This document shows, piece after piece, positions 62,427-64,000 of a DNA stretch of 64,000 nt; position 1 is the first letter of the stretch; the number at the start of each line of letters is the position of its first letter. A program made the translations under genes and the position numbers. The notes under the pieces were generated by a model. The model was not told the origin of the DNA, searched no databases, and saw only the letters and a program-made list of their open reading frames with translations. Source of the DNA: a bacterium GBS-1 (lineage in GTDB: Bacteria; Synergistota; GBS-1); assembly GCA_001443005.1 (NCBI GenBank), contig LEKQ01000001.1:594542-658541 (forward strand). The letters run 5' to 3'.

Positions 62427-63396
62427 TCTCCCTCCTCATCTCATATTCCTCATAGGCTTTAACTATCCTCTGAACTAGCTCATGCCTCACAACATCCTGC
62501 TCCGTTAGGTAAACAAAGGCTATGCCTCCTATGCCAATTAATATATCTCTAACTTCAACAAGACCAGATCTCTTGCCCGGCAGATCTATCTGAGTTATAT
62601 CACCGGTTATAACCATTTTGGAACCAAACCCCAACCTTGTCAAGAACATCTTCATCTGCTCCGGGGTAGCGTTCTGAGCCTCATCAAGTATAACGAAGGC
62701 ATCGTTAAGCGTCCTTCCTCGCATATAGGCTAAGGGGGCTATCTCTATGGTTCCGCTCTCCAAAAGCTTATGGAACCTTTCAGCCTCAAGCATCTCATAA
62801 AGAGCGTCATAGAGGGGTCTGAGATAGGGCTCTATTTTCTCTCTTAAATCCCCAGGAAGAAAACCGAGCTTCTCCCCCGCTTCAACGGCTGGCCTGACAA
62901 GTATAATTCTTCCAACCTTCCTACTCTGAAGGTAAGAAACGGCTAAGGCAACAGCAAGGTAGGTTTTACCAGTACCAGCAGGCCCTATAGCAAAAGTTAT
63001 ATCGTTTTCCCTCACCGCCTCCACATACTTCTTCTGTCCTAAAGTCTTCGGTCTTATTATCTTACCCCTGACAGTAACGTGAATTACATCATCGTAAAGC
63101 TCACCTAGCTTTAAATCCCTACCCTGCTTTAACATCTTAACGCTATATTTAAGTTCCTTAAGACTTATTGGATGCCCTTTTCTAGCTATTTCCATCATCT
63201 CTTGAAACAGGATGCCTGCCTTTTTCAGAGACTCCTCATCATTACCTACCATAACAAGCTCATTTCCTCTAGGGAATATCCTAACGTTGAAGCTCTTTTC
63301 AACAAACCGTAGGTTCTCATCCTCTTTACCTGCAACGTTTATCATCACGAGGTGGTCATCTGCCAAAAACCTCAGTTCGGTCTTGACTTCACCCAC
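62398..63396 (-). CDS. phoH: PhoH-family ATPase
   Basis: Walker A AIGPAGTGKTYLAVA and PhoH layout. Confidence 0.9.
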   Translation of the reverse strand: MGEVKTELRFLADDHLVMINVAGKEDENLRFVEKSFNVRIFPRGNELVMVGNDEESLKKAGILFQEMMEIARKGHPISLKELKYSVKMLKQGRDLKLGELYDDVIHVTVRGKIIRPKTLGQKKYVEAVRENDITFAIGPAGTGKTYLAVALAVSYLQSRKVGRIILVRPAVEAGEKLGFLPGDLREKIEPYLRPLYDALYEMLEAERFHKLLESGTIEIAPLAYMRGRTLNDAFVILDEAQNATPEQMKMFLTRLGFGSKMVITGDITQIDLPGKRSGLVEVRDILIGIGGIAFVYLTEQDVVRHELVQRIVKAYEEYEMRRENESREKQRQ

Positions 63397-63416
63397 GATT
63401 TAAGCTTTCACCCCCT

Positions 63417-63647
63417 TCAAACGGACTCAACACTTTTTACCTCTGGCACATGCTTCTTTATCGTAGACTCCACCATAGCCTTCAAGGTGAACTGGGCGAA
63501 GGGGCACCCTCCACACTGTCCCGTAAGTCTAATCTTGACCTTCCCATCTTCATCCACGCTAACCAGCTCCGCCTTACCCCCCTCGATTGCCAAATAGGGG
63601 TTGACGAAATTATCTAAAACCTCTTTTACCTTCCCCTCAAGCTCCAT
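63417..63647 (-). CDS. NifU-like (Nfu-type) Fe-S cluster assembly domain protein
   Basis: 76 aa with GQCGGCPFA CxxC motif; good SD (AGGGGG) upstream. Confidence 0.7.
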   Translation of the reverse strand: MELEGKVKEVLDNFVNPYLAIEGGKAELVSVDEDGKVKIRLTGQCGGCPFAQFTLKAMVESTIKKHVPEVKSVESV

Positions 63648-63660
63648 AACTTATTCCCCC

Positions 63661-64000
63661 TTTCTAAACCGGATAGGCATACTCATCCCACGGCTTCTCA
63701 AACCCCATATCCAACTTGAACTTCCTTGCATACTTTCTCCTCAAGAAGTCGATAGCAACTTGAGGAAACAAAGCATAGGTCAAAACGTCCTCTGGCTCAA
63801 CCGCTAAAACTCCTAACTCTTTTCTACACTTTTCCAACATGGGTTCAAGAAGATCCGCAGGCCTACAGGTTATAGGCTCTTCATCCCCTATGGCCTTTCT
63901 CTTTACCTCCGGGTCTATAGGAGCGGGAGGCCTACCATAAAACCCCTTAATATAGTCCCTAACCTCCTTAGGAACTATCTTATACCTCTCACCTACAAGG
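63661..64000 (-). CDS. Oxaloacetate decarboxylase alpha / pyruvate carboxylase subunit B-like carboxyltransferase, C-terminal part only (N-terminus beyond the window end)
   Basis: My own minus-strand translation ends ...ITCRPADLLEPMLEKCRKELGVLAVEPEDVLTYALFPQVAIDFLRRKYARKFKLDMGFEKPWDEYAYPV*, matching the conserved carboxylase C-terminal region; no biotinyl domain follows. Confidence 0.6.

Noticed and set aside
1-64000. Mobile elements, prophage, CRISPR arrays, tRNA or rRNA genes
   Set aside because: No direct-repeat arrays, no transposase or integrase-like ORFs, no tRNA-like GTTC-containing cloverleaf candidates in the few intergenic gaps longer than 70 bp; coding density is too high to hide an rRNA.

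Overview
This 64 kb window is almost entirely protein-coding, with no rRNA, tRNA, CRISPR array or mobile element that I can support. It has two parts. (1) Positions 1-29,096 form one co-directional minus-strand array of about 29 genes. It combines two tctCBA tripartite tricarboxylate transporter operons, two IlvD/EDD-family dehydratases, a split UxaA-family dehydratase (small SAF subunit plus large subunit, the SuyAB-like architecture), an Ldh_2-family dehydrogenase (ComC-like), a ComB-like phosphatase (partial), a LarA-like racemase, a DapA-family aldolase, an FGGY kinase, an SDR, an Fe-ADH, a tungsten-type aldehyde:ferredoxin oxidoreductase, a four-subunit 2-oxoacid:ferredoxin oxidoreductase, a succinyl-CoA synthetase-like pair, a ThiS-like protein, a Tm-1-like/PEP-hydrolase-like pair and a small secreted PKD-like protein. 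I read this as a candidate, apparently undescribed, anaerobic ferredoxin-linked catabolic island for sulfonated or non-sulfonated sugar acids centred on a sulfolactate-like node; this is inference from gene content only. (2) Positions 29,100-64,000 hold a TAXI-TRAP transporter, glnA, a two-component module (histidine kinase, atypical OmpR-type regulator, tandem HD/HD-GYP protein), aspartate aminotransferase and a Firmicutes-like housekeeping block (rpoD-dnaG, hppA, dgt, ppdK with its regulatory protein, glyQS, recO, era, cdd, ybeY, 7TM-HD, phoH). Sequence-level signals include a shared palindrome upstream of both tctC genes, matching 12-bp GC stem-loops between each tctC and tctB, and a repeated AAAGCGCTTT palindrome around the TAXI operon. 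All protein calls rest on recognising conserved motifs in the supplied translations by eye; no database search was run. The ORF track uses the longest ATG/GTG/TTG start, so many 5' ends are approximate.
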